Positions 17,210-27,504 of a DNA stretch of 64,000 nucleotides are shown piece after piece (the stretch's first letter is position 1; each line of letters begins with the position of its first letter). The DNA is from Spirochaetia bacterium (GTDB lineage: Bacteria > Spirochaetota > Spirochaetia > SZUA-6 > Fen-1364): the NCBI GenBank assembly GCA_049515135.1, contig JBEKUJ010000005.1, positions 227,252 through 291,251 of the forward strand, read 5' to 3'. Both the position numbers and the translations under genes were made by a program. A model generated the notes under the pieces. That model searched no databases. It saw only the letters and a list, made by a program, of their open reading frames with translations, and was not told where the DNA came from.

Positions 17210-19738
17210 CTAGAACAGGACGATGGTGGACGACTCCACGGACGGGGTCTCCCCGTGGAGCTGCGACTCCGCGATGATGGTATAGGTGCCAGCGGAAAGG
17301 GTTTTTGTGTCCGGAGCCGGAATGATGACCGAATACTGCCCCGGCCGCACGAAAACTCCTTTGTACGTCTTGTCCTCGCCGGGGAGGACGAAGGTGAGCT
17401 TGACCCGCGCCGTTGCATCCCCTGGCGCAGCGGTCGTCTCGGGGTACTCGATTGTCGAAACTCTGATGGTGAGGCTCAAGGGCTTCCCGCGCAGGGCAAG
17501 CGGGGGCGGCGTGACCGCGTCTATCCTCGTCGTTGCCGTCCTGAAGTGCCTGTTCCAGTAACCGGCCTCGAAGGGATAGGACGGGTCACGGAAGGCTTTC
17601 AGCTCCACGAAGCTGGCGTTCGGATCCACGTTGTCGATGGAGAAGGGACCATTGTTGATGTACGCGTTGTGGTGCGCGTCCATCCAGGCGATTGCCGCCT
17701 TGTAACGCGCCACGCATTCCTGCGGCGTCGTGAACTGCCGGATGGAGGCGGGCACGTAGGAGGTGTCAATGAACTCCTGGAGCTTTGCCTTGATGTCCTC
17801 CAGGCACCGGGGGGCCAGGACGTCCACCTCCGTGTACGCGGGGTCGGAGGAGAAGCTCCACGCGGTTCCCGACTTTCCCCCCTCTGCTACCATCTTTGCC
17901 AGAGCCTCAATGATTTCCCAGGAGCAGTTCACCTGCTGGCCCGAGGCACTCACCGACGTGTACAGTGCTCCGGATGCCCCGATGCGGTCCGGGTCCATGT
18001 GGTTGAAGTTGTAATAGACAGTGATGCTCTTGTCCGGGTTCATGACGATCCCCTTGAGAATATCCTGCCCGGGCCGCATGACGCTTTCATATCCGGCGTC
18101 GTAGTATCGATCCTTGTCCCCGACCTTCGTGATCCATTTCCAGATGAAGGCCTGCGCGTACAGCACGTCCGCTGTCCCCATGGGAATTCCGGTGTGCCAG
18201 TTTCCCCACTTGTAGTCATACGTGGCCCTGCTGAATGAGGTGACCCCCGGTCCGACCTGCACCCACGCTGCTTCCCGGGGGTCATATACGATGGCGTCCG
18301 CGGGAACCGGAATCTGTCCTTCCAAGGCAGGATCGCCATTGTCCCCTGTGCCCATTTTCACTTTTGTCAGAACGTCGCGCCAGCTCGCGCGAAGCGGTGC
18401 ATCCTCCGCGGTGTTGGGTGTCACGAAGGTCGCCTTGTCCACCGTGGGGGCGGAAATGAACAGGCTGTACATGTCCTTGAATCCGTCCACCCCGACGGGA
18501 TCCCACGCGCTTGCGAAAAGCGATCCGCGAGCGGACAGCTGGGTGACGCGCAGGACCTTCTCCCCGGATTTTTCCGGTTTCACGTCCGCGGTCACGAGCG
18601 ACCACGGGTCCAGGCCGTCTCCCAGTCCATACACCATGCGTCGCAGGAACCGCGCCTTGTTTGCGGTGTACAGCTGGGACTGGCAGGAGATCTGGATTCG
18701 GGTGGCCTCCTTCAAGCCGAGCTCGGTTGCCTGAAGGATTGCGTCCCAGTAGTCGCGCGCGTCCTTGAACTGGCCGTTCTGGATCCTGCGGGTGAGGGAG
18801 TCGATCTGGTCGTTCTTGTAGCGCCAGAAATGCGGGTTGGTCCCGCCGGCCTGGTAGCCCTGCCAGGGCGCATACCACTGCGAGACGATGTTGTCCCAGT
18901 ACTGTCGGGTCTCCCCCGCGCCCCACCCTTCGGTGTAGATATTCCATTCATAGCGGGCCGGATCCGTGTTGTATGCCACCTCGACGCACTTGGCCCTGTC
19001 CCACTCCAGCCTCTCCACCCGGATGCCCGCTTTTTCGATCTGGTTCGCGATATAGCGGCCTTCTTTCAAGCGGCCGTTCGGCTCGTCCACCCGGAAGAGG
19101 AACTTCACCGACAGATCCGAGCCGTTCCACTGCCAGTACTTTTCCCCTTTGACAAGCCTTCCCTGGAGGGCTGGAAGCTCCGATGCTTTCTGCAGCGCCG
19201 CGGTTATGTCCAGGATGGCTTTTTTCTCGTTCCCGCCCGGCGTCATTCCGAGCCTTACGGGGATGAGGTTGTAGCGGTACGTGCCGGGCTGGCCGGGGGT
19301 TGCCATTGTGAACATCGGGCCGCCCGCGCCTCCCAGGATCTCGTCCACGATATACTTCCTGTTGATGAGGAAGTTGAGGGCGTAACGCACCTCCCTGATG
19401 GCAAAGGGATTGAAGGAGTCCTTGCCGTCCACGGTCACCGTGTACGGCCCCGCGTCCGGGATGGGGTTGAGCATGAGGGACCAGCTGCCGGAAGGGACGT
19501 TATACACGTCGAGCTTCCTCTGCGTTTCAGCCGGGAGTGACCTGAACGTGTTGCCCTGGACGGGATACATGAAGACATCCGTCCTGCCCTCCGCAACGTC
19601 CTTCAGCGCGATGTCTTCCTGCATCCGCACGTCGAACAGGACCCTGTCGACGATGGGCCCTTTCTTCTGCTCTTGCGCCGACAGGACTGAAGCCGCGCTG
19701 ATCAACAGAATGAAGATCGCAGAGAACCGCATCCGCAT
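17210..19738 (-). CDS. ABC transporter substrate-binding protein, family 5 (Opp/Dpp/Nik-like), unusually large (about 840 aa), with signal peptide
   Basis: MRMRFSAIFILLISAASVLSAQ is a signal peptide. The central SBP_bac_5-like region has extra N- and C-terminal beta-rich segments. It is the first gene of the operon. Confidence 0.7.
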   Translation of the reverse strand: MRMRFSAIFILLISAASVLSAQEQKKGPIVDRVLFDVRMQEDIALKDVAEGRTDVFMYPVQGNTFRSLPAETQRKLDVYNVPSGSWSLMLNPIPDAGPYTVTVDGKDSFNPFAIREVRYALNFLINRKYIVDEILGGAGGPMFTMATPGQPGTYRYNLIPVRLGMTPGGNEKKAILDITAALQKASELPALQGRLVKGEKYWQWNGSDLSVKFLFRVDEPNGRLKEGRYIANQIEKAGIRVERLEWDRAKCVEVAYNTDPARYEWNIYTEGWGAGETRQYWDNIVSQWYAPWQGYQAGGTNPHFWRYKNDQIDSLTRRIQNGQFKDARDYWDAILQATELGLKEATRIQISCQSQLYTANKARFLRRMVYGLGDGLDPWSLVTADVKPEKSGEKVLRVTQLSARGSLFASAWDPVGVDGFKDMYSLFISAPTVDKATFVTPNTAEDAPLRASWRDVLTKVKMGTGDNGDPALEGQIPVPADAIVYDPREAAWVQVGPGVTSFSRATYDYKWGNWHTGIPMGTADVLYAQAFIWKWITKVGDKDRYYDAGYESVMRPGQDILKGIVMNPDKSITVYYNFNHMDPDRIGASGALYTSVSASGQQVNCSWEIIEALAKMVAEGGKSGTAWSFSSDPAYTEVDVLAPRCLEDIKAKLQEFIDTSYVPASIRQFTTPQECVARYKAAIAWMDAHHNAYINNGPFSIDNVDPNASFVELKAFRDPSYPFEAGYWNRHFRTATTRIDAVTPPPLALRGKPLSLTIRVSTIEYPETTAAPGDATARVKLTFVLPGEDKTYKGVFVRPGQYSVIIPAPDTKTLSAGTYTIIAESQLHGETPSVESSTIVLF

Positions 19739-19824
19739 TAATGTGAGTATATTAAGGATCGATGAGGCATACAACGAATACAGCTGTTCCGACGTCGGTT
19801 GCACAGTCCATTCACCCGCAAACC

Positions 19825-20658
19825 ATGCTGGGTCCCGTCACCATCCGGGTGGCAGATGTGTCTCGCTCCCTGCGCTTCTACAAGGAGGCCCTCGGGTTCC
19901 AGCCCGTCAGTGATGCTGCCGGTCTGCCCGCGCTGGGCGTGCCCGGCGCCGAGGGCGCGGACTTTCCCATCGTCGTGCTGAAGGAGACCCCTGAGGCCGG
20001 CCCGGCTCGCCATGCATCGGGCCTCTATCACTTCGCGATCCTCGTGCCCAGCCGCCCCGCCCTCGGGAGGGCCCTGCGCCTGCTGGCGCGCGCGGAGGTT
20101 CCGATCGGCCAGGCCGACCACCTTGTCAGCGAAGCCCTGTATCTCTCGGACCCCGACGGAAACGGCATTGAGATCTACCGTGACAGGCCGCGCGACCAGT
20201 GGAAATGGGACAACGGCACGGTGCAGATGGCCACTGAGCCTCTGGACCTTGAGGATCTGCTTCGGGAAGCCGAGAGTGAGCCCGGGGCGTCGGGTCAGCT
20301 GACCTCCGGCACGCGCATCGGTCACGTCCACCTGCAGGTCTCCGACGTTCAGAAGGCGGTCCGGTTCTATCATGGCATCCTCGGCTTTGACATTGTTGCC
20401 ACATGGCAGGGGGCTGCTTTCGTGAGCGCGGGCGGCTACCACCATCACCTGGGGCTGAACAGCTGGAGCTCACGCGGCGCTCCTCCGGCCCCTCCGGGCT
20501 CCTCGGGGCTGGAGTCGTTTGTCATCAAGGTGCCGACCACGGAGGAACAGTCGCGCCTTGCCGGACGGCTGCAGGACGCCGGAGTGGGAGTGAGCGAATC
20601 CGGCGGTGCGCTGCGCGCCCGGGATCCCTGGAACATAGGGTTGGAGGTAACTGTATGA
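19825..20658 (+). CDS. VOC-family protein with tandem glyoxalase/extradiol-dioxygenase-like domains
   Basis: Two repeats, MLGPVTIRVADVSRSLRFYKEALGF and IGHVHLQVSDVQKAVRFYHGILGF. An upstream promoter-like AT-rich stretch lies at 19738-19760. Confidence 0.65.
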   Translation: MLGPVTIRVADVSRSLRFYKEALGFQPVSDAAGLPALGVPGAEGADFPIVVLKETPEAGPARHASGLYHFAILVPSRPALGRALRLLARAEVPIGQADHLVSEALYLSDPDGNGIEIYRDRPRDQWKWDNGTVQMATEPLDLEDLLREAESEPGASGQLTSGTRIGHVHLQVSDVQKAVRFYHGILGFDIVATWQGAAFVSAGGYHHHLGLNSWSSRGAPPAPPGSSGLESFVIKVPTTEEQSRLAGRLQDAGVGVSESGGALRARDPWNIGLEVTV

Positions 20659-21296
20659 AAATCGCGGTATTCGGAATAACGGGGCGGATCGGGAGCCGCA
20701 TCGCCCAGGAAGCGCTCTCCCGAGGGCACGAAGTGACAGGCATCGCGCGTGATCCCACAAAGGTGAATCTCTCCCATCCGAAGCTGCGCGTGACCCAGGG
20801 AGACGCGACCGACCCCGCCTCTGTTGCCGCAACGATGTCGGGTCATGATGTGACGGTGAGCGCAGTCGGGCCCGACATGCAGAAGGGCGTCGGGACACTG
20901 CTGGTGGATGCGGCGCATTCGCTCATCGAGGGAGCGAAGCGCGCCCGGGCCGGGAGGCTGGTGATCGTGGGCGGGGCCGGCAGCCTGGAAGTTGCTCCCG
21001 GAGTGAAGCTCATGGATTCCCTGCAATTCCCTGCTGACTGGAAACCGATTGCCAGGTCACACGCTGATGCGCTGGACGCCTATCGCAGAGAGAAGTCGCT
21101 GGAATGGACGTATCTGTCACCAGCAGCCATGATCGAACCTGGCAAGCGCACCGGCTCGTACCGCACGGGAGATGAGAAGCTTTTGAGCGACGCGCAGGGA
21201 AACAGCAGGATCAGCATGGAAGATTTCGCCGTTGCGCTTCTGGACGAGGTGGAGAAGCCACGCCACACGCGAAAGCGCTTTACTGTGGCCAACTGA
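20655..21296 (+). CDS. NAD(P)H-binding oxidoreductase (atypical SDR / NmrA-YwnB-like)
   Basis: MKIAVFGITGRIGSRIA is a GxxGxxG Rossmann motif. RBS GGAGGT. ATGA overlap with the upstream stop. Confidence 0.75.
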   Translation: MKIAVFGITGRIGSRIAQEALSRGHEVTGIARDPTKVNLSHPKLRVTQGDATDPASVAATMSGHDVTVSAVGPDMQKGVGTLLVDAAHSLIEGAKRARAGRLVIVGGAGSLEVAPGVKLMDSLQFPADWKPIARSHADALDAYRREKSLEWTYLSPAAMIEPGKRTGSYRTGDEKLLSDAQGNSRISMEDFAVALLDEVEKPRHTRKRFTVAN

Positions 21297-21314
21297 GAAA
21301 GGATCGAGTGCGAT

Positions 21315-21764
21315 ATGAACAGGGCATTTCTGATTGCAGCAAGCCTGATTTTCGCTGTCTTTTCTGCGGGATATCTCGCAGCCGAATGCACCGCCACGCA
21401 GGGAGAGACGCTTGACGCAAACTATAAACCGGAAGCTCCCAAGCGTGCCAGCGTGGGGTCGGGGTACGTCCTTACCGGAACAGTGCGCGCATCAGGCGAT
21501 TGTCAGCCAATCGCAGGGGCCACAGTCGAGCTGTGGCTCGCAGGACCGAACGGATATTCGGACAACTACACGGGGACCGTGGTTGCCGACAAGAGCGGTC
21601 ACTACAGGTTCCAGAGTCCGTTTCCGTCCGCCTCCACCGGACGGCCTCCCCACATCCACATGAGGATTGCCGCTGACGGCTTCCTGCCCATCCAGACCGA
21701 GTGCTTTCCGCGTCAGGGCACGGCTACCGGTGTGTTCGACATCGTCCTGGAGCCCGGGGGGTAG
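21315..21764 (+). CDS. Secreted intradiol ring-cleavage dioxygenase-domain protein (small, 149 aa)
   Basis: Signal peptide MNRAFLIAASLIFAVFSAG. GATVELWLAGPNGYS...SGHYRF...RPPHIHMRI matches the intradiol dioxygenase core. Confidence 0.55.
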   Translation: MNRAFLIAASLIFAVFSAGYLAAECTATQGETLDANYKPEAPKRASVGSGYVLTGTVRASGDCQPIAGATVELWLAGPNGYSDNYTGTVVADKSGHYRFQSPFPSASTGRPPHIHMRIAADGFLPIQTECFPRQGTATGVFDIVLEPGG

Positions 21765-22015
21765 GCCGCCAACAGACGGGGCTGTTCCGTCGTGGGCTCA
21801 AGACGCAGAATCGCCGGGCTGAGGGCCTGGATGACCACCGTGCCTCCGCGGGCAAAGCTCGCGCTCTGGCCTGCGGCAACCACGTAGTCCGCCGCGTTCC
21901 CGTCAATGGTTGCCCAGATGTGCCCCGCCAGGCACGTTATGCGAGGCGGCCGTGCCCTGAATCTGAATGAAATCAGCTGCCCACGGGCCAGCGCGAATGT
22001 CGTGTTGTTGCGCAT
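21713..22015 (-). CDS. Small hypothetical protein (about 100 aa)
   Basis: ATG at 22015 is preceded by GAGGAG. Sequence MRNNTTFALARGQLISFRFRA... Its 3' end overlaps the convergent dioxygenase-like gene by about 50 nt. Confidence 0.35.
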   Translation of the reverse strand: MRNNTTFALARGQLISFRFRARPPRITCLAGHIWATIDGNAADYVVAAGQSASFARGGTVVIQALSPAILRLEPTTEQPRLLAAYPPGSRTMSNTPVAVP

Positions 22016-22093
22016 CGTCTTCTCCTCAATGGAAAGGCTACACGGGGAGCGAGAGGAGAACCACCCGATTCTTGCGCAACGATCCGGTGCACC

Positions 22094-23488
22094 ATGAAGC
22101 TTTCTGAACTGATTGCATCCCTCCCGCCGCCTCTCGCGATTCCCGGTGCGCGCCGCTCCATCAGGGAGGCGCTTGTTCGGTCCGGGACCAGACTGGTCGT
22201 GATCGATGATGATCCCACGGGGACCCAGACCGTGCATGACACGCGCGTCCTGCTGGATTGGTCAGCTGCCGCGCTCAGCCAGGCTCTTGCCCGTCCCGAT
22301 CCGTTGTTCTTCATTTCCACAAACTCGCGGAGCCTGCCCCGGGCTGACGCCGAGGCGCTAGCGCATGAGGTGGGCCGCAACCTTCGGACGGCAGCGCGGC
22401 AGGCTGGGGCCCGTGTGCGCATTGCTTCGCGCAGCGACAGCACGCTGCGCGGCCACTTCCCGGCCGAAGTGGACGCCCTGGCGGCAGAGCTTCCCGCGGC
22501 GGTTGACGGCGTGATCCTGGTTCCAGCCTTTTTCGACGCCGGCCGATACACCATCAACAACGTGCACTGGGTGGAGCTGGGCGGGGAGCTTGTCCCTGCG
22601 CACCTGACCGAGTTTGCCAGGGATCCTGATTTCGGGTTCGCTCATGGTGACCTTCGCGAATGGGTCCAGGAAAAAACCGCCGGACGCATCAACGCCGGCC
22701 GGGTCATCTGCGTTTCGATAGAAGATCTCCGCCGCGGGGGACCTGAGAGAGTTGCCGCGCTGCTGTCGAGCGCCCGAAACGGCGCCGCGATCGTTGCAAA
22801 CGCCGCGTGCGACGAGGACCTCGAAGTTCTTGCGCTGGCCGCGCAGGCGGCGGAGGAGAACGGCAGGAGCTTCATCTATCGCACCAGCGCATCGTTCGTC
22901 AAAGTCCGCGCCGGGGTGAATGACAGGCCGCTCCTTTCCCGGAATGAGATGCAGCCCGGCCCTGGACCGGGACTCATCATTGCCGGCTCCTATGTCGCTC
23001 GAACGTCCGCCCAGATAGAACGGCTGGCAGCCTCGGGGCGGGTCCTGCCGATTGAAATATCGGTTCAGCGGCTCCTTGACGGGCGCGCGCGCCCGGGAGA
23101 GATTCGCCGTGTGAGCCGCGCGGCCTCCGAGTCCCTTGCCGGCGGAGTTACGGTCCTTGTGCACACGTCGCGCAAGAGGCACGACGCCTCGGACTTCCTT
23201 GATGCCGGCAGGAGCGTCATGGCGGGACTCTGCGAGGTGGTGGCCGGCATCGAGGGGAAGCCCGGCTTCCTGGTGGCAAAGGGCGGAATCACCAGCATCG
23301 CTGTTGCGAAGACCGCGCTGGGCTGCGGCGAGGCAATGGTCCTTGGCCAGGCCCTCAAGGGAGTCCCTGTATGGCGCCTGGGTCTCGGATCGAAATGGAG
23401 CGACATTCCCTACGTGGTGTTCCCCGGCAATGTGGGAAAACCGGATTCACTCCTCACGGTGGTGGAGACGCTCATGGAACGGGGGTAG
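22094..23488 (+). CDS. Four-carbon acid sugar kinase family protein (DUF1537/DUF4392; OtnK-like 3-oxo-tetronate kinase family)
   Basis: N-terminal VVIDDDPTGTQTVHD is the family hallmark. 464 aa with a C-terminal nucleotide-binding domain. Confidence 0.75.
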   Translation: MKLSELIASLPPPLAIPGARRSIREALVRSGTRLVVIDDDPTGTQTVHDTRVLLDWSAAALSQALARPDPLFFISTNSRSLPRADAEALAHEVGRNLRTAARQAGARVRIASRSDSTLRGHFPAEVDALAAELPAAVDGVILVPAFFDAGRYTINNVHWVELGGELVPAHLTEFARDPDFGFAHGDLREWVQEKTAGRINAGRVICVSIEDLRRGGPERVAALLSSARNGAAIVANAACDEDLEVLALAAQAAEENGRSFIYRTSASFVKVRAGVNDRPLLSRNEMQPGPGPGLIIAGSYVARTSAQIERLAASGRVLPIEISVQRLLDGRARPGEIRRVSRAASESLAGGVTVLVHTSRKRHDASDFLDAGRSVMAGLCEVVAGIEGKPGFLVAKGGITSIAVAKTALGCGEAMVLGQALKGVPVWRLGLGSKWSDIPYVVFPGNVGKPDSLLTVVETLMERG

Positions 23489-23645
23489 GGTCACCGCATG
23501 CCCCATCCCTGATCATTCACGCTATTATACGAAACATGAATTGACGATGCATCGTTTTCGACGTACATATTTCCTTGGGCGATGGAGTTCACCCTAACCG
23601 CTGCAACGCTGATAACTCCTGATCTCACGGTTAGGAGTCGCAGGC

Positions 23646-24518
23646 ATGCCTCATCCAACCGATGTTCGCCCTCGGGATCCTGCCGAGACATGGGAAATCC
23701 GCTTCACAGAGGCGGAAGGCGGCTCGTACTTTCGAGCCGAGCGCGCAAGTCACCCCTATACTCCGCGTCGCGCGGAAGACATCCCTGCGGGCGCCCTGGA
23801 GTCTGTGGAAGAAGTCTGCGGCATTCGGGATCTGAGCCAGATCTTCATCATCCCGCAGGCGGTGCGTTCCATTGGATGGCTCAGTCAGAAGGTGATATCC
23901 CCCAACAGCGTCCTGGCCATCGGGGATCGGGCGGTCGGTCTCTGGACAGAGAAACCCCAACCGGGAGTGAAGCTCTTGATTCATCTGGAAAGGGTTGCGG
24001 CCATTGAAGACATCACAATCCTTCTCTACGGGAGGCTCAGCTTTGTCCCGTTCGGGGACCGCTTGACGATCCGATACAATACCGTGGCCCGCCAGGAAAT
24101 GGAGCCGGCTCTTCTGGCGCTCAGGAAAAGGTTGGCCGGATCTGCCCAGCAGATGCCTCCGCAAGAATATGCGGATGGTGAGCTGCCTTTCAAATGGAAA
24201 GTCCTGCTCGAGGAGCCTCTGGTCCGACTTGAAAAGGGCTCTCCTGTTGCTTTTTCGTTCGCGCGTGTCCCAGGACGGTCCCGGCATGAGGCTGAACGCC
24301 GGCAACTCCTCGCGTTGAATCCCTTTGAGCTCGTGTATCTGTGCGACCCCACGGAGTCAACGGAACGATATGGGGTGGACTCCCTTATTGTTCCACGGTC
24401 CAGGATAACAGGAGCACGAATGCAGGGAAACGGCCTGGAGGTCAGCTCAAACGGTGCCAATATCCTGCTCTCGATGGCACCCCCACTTCGCGAGGCGGCG
24501 GTTCGTTGGATTGGATGA
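23646..24518 (+). CDS. Hypothetical protein (290 aa)
   Basis: ATG preceded by AGGAG at spacing 8. I recognise no family. Confidence 0.45.
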   Translation: MPHPTDVRPRDPAETWEIRFTEAEGGSYFRAERASHPYTPRRAEDIPAGALESVEEVCGIRDLSQIFIIPQAVRSIGWLSQKVISPNSVLAIGDRAVGLWTEKPQPGVKLLIHLERVAAIEDITILLYGRLSFVPFGDRLTIRYNTVARQEMEPALLALRKRLAGSAQQMPPQEYADGELPFKWKVLLEEPLVRLEKGSPVAFSFARVPGRSRHEAERRQLLALNPFELVYLCDPTESTERYGVDSLIVPRSRITGARMQGNGLEVSSNGANILLSMAPPLREAAVRWIG

Positions 24519-24576
24519 ATCGCAGGCGCGCTTCCACGCTTTCGGGGAAAGTGCTGTGACTTCTTGCTGCAATCTC

Positions 24577-24606
24577 TTGACGGAAATTCCCCGCTCATCT
24601 TAGAGT
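24577..24606 (+). promoter_or_regulatory. Putative sigma70-type promoter of eno (TTGACG-N18-TAGAGT), followed by a structured roughly 90-nt leader
   Basis: Hexamers read directly from the sequence. The leader contains hairpins GGGGATGGAGTCCCC and CCTTCATCCGAAGG before the AGGAGG RBS. Confidence 0.3.
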
Positions 24607-24662
24607 GAGGACAGGGGATGGAGTCCCCCCCAATCCAACCGCCTTCATCCGAAGGCCGATGA

Positions 24663-25988
<1,326 letters not shown>

Positions 25989-26004
25989 GAGTCCGGCCGC
26001 GTTC

Positions 26005-27504
26005 TTAGTCGTTCCCGGTTCCGAAGACTTTCCTGTAGAGATCTTCGCCAAAGCTTGTCTCCAGGGGCTCGCCTTCGAATATCTTGAAAGAGCGGGCTCC
26101 GTTGCTTTTCCTCTCAGCTCGCAGGAAGATGGCGTTTTCCATTTTTCTGTCAAAGAAGCTGTGCGCGAAGTCGTGCAGGTGGGTGACATAGAAAACCCTG
26201 ATCCGTTTCTCCGACAATGCGCGGACAATCTGCCGCGCGATCTCTGAGCCCTCTCTCTCGTTTGTCGCGGCAAACGATTCATTAAAGAGCAGGAGGGAAT
26301 TGGAGGTCAGGTGGTCGACGATCTCGCTCATTCGTTTCAACTCCTCGTCGAGCTTTCCGCTCTTCATCGAGGCGTCTTCTTCCCGCTTGTAGTGCGTGAA
26401 AATTCCATCGCAGACATTGGACCGGAAGGACTCTGCGGGCACGAACATTCCGCATTGCATCATGAGCTGGGCCAGACCGATGGCGCGCAGCAGGGTGGAT
26501 TTGCCTCCATGGTTGGCTCCGGTAATTATCACGAGGGCCCTTCCGTCGGCATTCGTATCGTTGCCCACGACTCTCTGTGCCATATGCAAGGTCAGGCAGG
26601 CGTCGTACAGCCCCCGAAATGACAGACTATTATCGCCGGCCTGGACAGGCTCCGGAAAGGACGTCGGCTCCCCTTTGCCTGCAAGACGGTTGGCGAGGTT
26701 CAAACACCCTACATGGAAGGCAAGCTCTGTTCTCATCATGGTAAAGAAGCTGACAATATGGTCCGTTGACTGCGCAAGCGCGTTGGCAACAAGATTGATG
26801 CCCCGGTCTCGCAGCTCCGACAGCGCCTTTGCCCCGCTCTCATCCCTTTCGCTGATGGAGAACGAATAGGACGGGGATCTCTTCGTAAAAACCCGTTTCA
26901 TCAGGCCCTGCTTGCCGTGCGTCTTGCGAAGCACGTAGTTCCTGCCTTTGTTTCCCTTTCCAAGCTCAGCGCTTATCAGGACCCCATCACGGAAGGCAAG
27001 CGTCTTGAGGTGATGCTGGATGGTGGTGAAATATCCTTCATCCAGCTCCGCTTTGAGCATTGCAAAAAATCTCGTGAACCCCTCAGACACGAACTCATTC
27101 GCATGCTCATCCGCGATGTTCCTGAGTCTTTTGAGTTGACCGACAAACAACTGCAGGACGTCCACCGATCGATGCAGTATCGTTGAGGGATAATTGCTGA
27201 AAATCCCCAGGAAAGTCGTCTTTTCCTTTTCAATGGATTCCACGGCGAGATCATACATCTCGCGGACAATCCCCGGGTTTTTCAGGCAATCCTTCAGGAC
27301 ATCCTGGCGATAGTGGATGGAATCCGCGTCGTTCAAGCTCGAAAGGACAACCTTCCTAGCCACTTCAAAGAGAACCTTGTCGTCAAGCGCCATGGCGGTG
27401 AACAGCGTTTCAAGCTCTAGGTCCTGCGTCAGGGCCAGCTCATTGGATGGCAAGTTCCGTTGGAGGTCAAAGTCCTGATCCTTGTACAGGAGAAAAGCTT
27501 TCAT
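26005..27504 (-). CDS. MutS-domain protein (MutS core and ABC-ATPase domains, no mismatch-recognition domain), paralog 1
   Basis: ALVIITGANHGGKSTLLRAIGLAQLMMQCGMFVPA is the MutS family Walker A context, and FNESFAATNEREGSEIA is Walker B/D-loop-like. Locally reduced GC. ATGA-type overlap with paralog 2. Confidence 0.7.
   Translation of the reverse strand: MKAFLLYKDQDFDLQRNLPSNELALTQDLELETLFTAMALDDKVLFEVARKVVLSSLNDADSIHYRQDVLKDCLKNPGIVREMYDLAVESIEKEKTTFLGIFSNYPSTILHRSVDVLQLFVGQLKRLRNIADEHANEFVSEGFTRFFAMLKAELDEGYFTTIQHHLKTLAFRDGVLISAELGKGNKGRNYVLRKTHGKQGLMKRVFTKRSPSYSFSISERDESGAKALSELRDRGINLVANALAQSTDHIVSFFTMMRTELAFHVGCLNLANRLAGKGEPTSFPEPVQAGDNSLSFRGLYDACLTLHMAQRVVGNDTNADGRALVIITGANHGGKSTLLRAIGLAQLMMQCGMFVPAESFRSNVCDGIFTHYKREEDASMKSGKLDEELKRMSEIVDHLTSNSLLLFNESFAATNEREGSEIARQIVRALSEKRIRVFYVTHLHDFAHSFFDRKMENAIFLRAERKSNGARSFKIFEGEPLETSFGEDLYRKVFGTGND

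Noticed and set aside
15023-17277. Long + strand ORFs (394 and 283 aa) inside the Opp permease genes
   Set aside because: They are antisense shadows of well-supported ABC permease genes, with R/H/G/D-rich composition.
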